Assembly (NCBI GenBank): GCA_043747615.1
Contig: JAYTOU010000066.1
Location: forward strand, 25,336-89,335
DNA: 64,000 nt
Direction: 5' to 3'
Origin: Myxococcales bacterium
GTDB lineage: Bacteria > Myxococcota_A > Polyangia > Polyangiales > Polyangiaceae
Below, piece after piece: positions 62,452-64,000 of this stretch; within the stretch, counting starts at the first letter, position 1, and each line of letters opens with the position of its first letter. Both the position numbers and the translations under genes were made by a program. A model generated the notes under the pieces. That model searched no databases, was not told where the DNA came from, and was given only the letters and a program-made list of their open reading frames with translations.

Positions 62452-63504
62452 GTGAAGACGACCCATTTGGCCGCAAGGTTTGCCGCCTCGATCCAACGCG
62501 CCCTGATCACCATCGCCGGTCTCGGAATGTTCTTGGTGATGCTCGTCGCGCCTGCATGCTCGTCATCGAGCACGTGTGACGACTCCAAATGCTCCGCCAA
62601 CAACAAGTGCATCGACGACGGCGCGCACGGTACTGCCTGCCGCCTGGTTTGCGACTCGCAGACCGCCTGCCCCTTCAACTTTCATTGCACGACGGCAAAG
62701 ACCACCAAGCTTGCCTTCTGCGTTGCGGACACCAACAAGTTCGCGAAGCTCGACAAGGGTCAGTGGGGCGCGCATTGCAACTCCTCGGGCGGGCTCGATT
62801 CGAACCCCGACTGCGCGAGCGATCAGAACTTTTGGTGCTACGGCCAGACGCCGACCGACGCGGCCGCGTATTGCACCCAGTACCAATGCGCGACCGACAA
62901 GGACTGCGCGGGCGGCTTCTGGTGTGCGACGATCAACGATGCGCCGGACGTACGTAACTCGGCCCGCACCTTCGGCGCCGACAAGGTCACCACCGTTTGC
63001 AAGAAGCGCGAGTACTGCGCAACGTGCGTCGCGGACGTCGATTGCCCTAGCGTCGCCGGCGTGAAATCGCACTGCGTCGCCTCCACGGGCGACGGTGTGT
63101 CGCTCTGCACCACCGAATGCGCGAACGACGGCAACTGCAACCCGGACGCGACGTGCACCGACGGCGCAGGCACGACGGTCTGCATGCCCCGCGCAGGCAC
63201 GTGCAAGGGCGACGGAACGTTGTGCGCGCCCTGCCGATCCGACGTCGATTGCCCGAAGGGGTATTGCATCTACGACGCGTACTCGCACGAGCGTTACTGC
63301 AGCGTCGCCTCGAAGACTCCGTGCTCCGTCAGCAGCAGCATGAAGCTCATCGCCGATTGTCCGAGCCTGCCTCCGAACGGCCCTGGCATCTCCTGCGAGA
63401 CCTTAACGAACAACGAAAGCATTCCGAAAGATCAGTGCATCGGCCTGATCAAAGACTCCCAGGGCGGCACCGCCGAGGGCTGCTGGGCCGTCAACAAGAA
63501 GTAG
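62452..63504 (+). CDS. Very Cys-rich lipoprotein
   Basis: AGAGG then GTG; lipobox APAC; repeated C-x4/5-C units (CATDKDC, CVADVDC, CRSDVDC). Confidence 0.8.
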   Translation: MKTTHLAARFAASIQRALITIAGLGMFLVMLVAPACSSSSTCDDSKCSANNKCIDDGAHGTACRLVCDSQTACPFNFHCTTAKTTKLAFCVADTNKFAKLDKGQWGAHCNSSGGLDSNPDCASDQNFWCYGQTPTDAAAYCTQYQCATDKDCAGGFWCATINDAPDVRNSARTFGADKVTTVCKKREYCATCVADVDCPSVAGVKSHCVASTGDGVSLCTTECANDGNCNPDATCTDGAGTTVCMPRAGTCKGDGTLCAPCRSDVDCPKGYCIYDAYSHERYCSVASKTPCSVSSSMKLIADCPSLPPNGPGISCETLTNNESIPKDQCIGLIKDSQGGTAEGCWAVNKK

Positions 63505-63533
63505 CACCCCACGCGGCGCGTTGAACGCCGTGC

Positions 63534-63965
63534 TCAGGCGGGCAGGTGGTAGAGCATCAGGTAGACGATCACGCCGGTGATCGACACGTAGAGCCACACC
63601 GGAAATGTGACCCGGGCGATCCTGCGGTGCTGCTCGAAGCGCTTCTTGTAGGCGAGCCAGAGCGTGCGCAAGACGAGCGGCACGGTGGCCATGGCGAGAA
63701 TCATGTGCGTGAAGAGAATCACGTAATAGACGACGTGGACGACTCCCCGGTGGGGATCTGCGTGCGTGCCCGTGAGGGCGACCCTCGTGAGATAGGACGT
63801 GAGAAAAACCGAGGAGGTGATGAACGCGCTGATCATCAGACCGCGGTGGGTCGCCACTTTTTTTCGAGCGATGGCTATCCGACCAGCAACGATGAGCAAC
63901 GCAGTGGTGCCGTTCAAGATGGCGTTGACGAGAGCGAGCGTCTCGCCGATCGATTCACGTGTCAT
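63534..63965 (-). CDS. DUF420 family membrane protein
   Basis: NAILN, HRGLM, FLTSYL, ILFTH, HRRIAR, WLYVSITGVIVY. Confidence 0.9.
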   Translation of the reverse strand: MTRESIGETLALVNAILNGTTALLIVAGRIAIARKKVATHRGLMISAFITSSVFLTSYLTRVALTGTHADPHRGVVHVVYYVILFTHMILAMATVPLVLRTLWLAYKKRFEQHRRIARVTFPVWLYVSITGVIVYLMLYHLPA

Positions 63966-64000
63966 GATGCGGCAGGCGGGCTTTCGTCGTGTTTTTCGTT

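Overview
GC-rich bacterial chromosomal window, gene-dense and mostly housekeeping. Gene content points to Myxococcota, probably Polyangiales (inference from Hanks kinase/TPR-PEGA pairs, an FHA-sigma54 activator, a MYXO-CTERM-like tail and many Cys-rich lipoproteins). Recognisable genes: pilC, pilS-like kinase, mlaC-like, ppiD-like, M16 peptidase, icd, CPA2 antiporter-PTS EIIA fusion, GTP-PEPCK, frameshifted acs, lemA-TPM, glnB-glnA-malic enzyme-hydroxy-acid oxidase-tal, metK, gcvT-gcvH, mutS, moxR, infC, thrS and tRNA-Val(GAC). No integrase, transposase, CRISPR array or rRNA was seen. Best leads: (1) an operon of two thioredoxin-fold lipoproteins plus a DUF6029-like outer-membrane barrel with a C-terminal CxxxxC, divergent from a lipoprotein with about 36 further Cys (candidate surface disulfide relay); (2) a strongly base-paired intergenic RNA candidate between acs and lemA; (3) TANNNT hexamers 6-9 nt before many start codons, suggesting widespread leaderless mRNAs, alongside an atypical AUG-starting IF3 with a long charged tail; (4) a small islet at the tRNA-Val 3' end with a SUKH-like gene; (5) a P-II lacking Gln39 heading a nitrogen/carbon gene run. 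All family calls are by-eye motif recognition; no database search was run.
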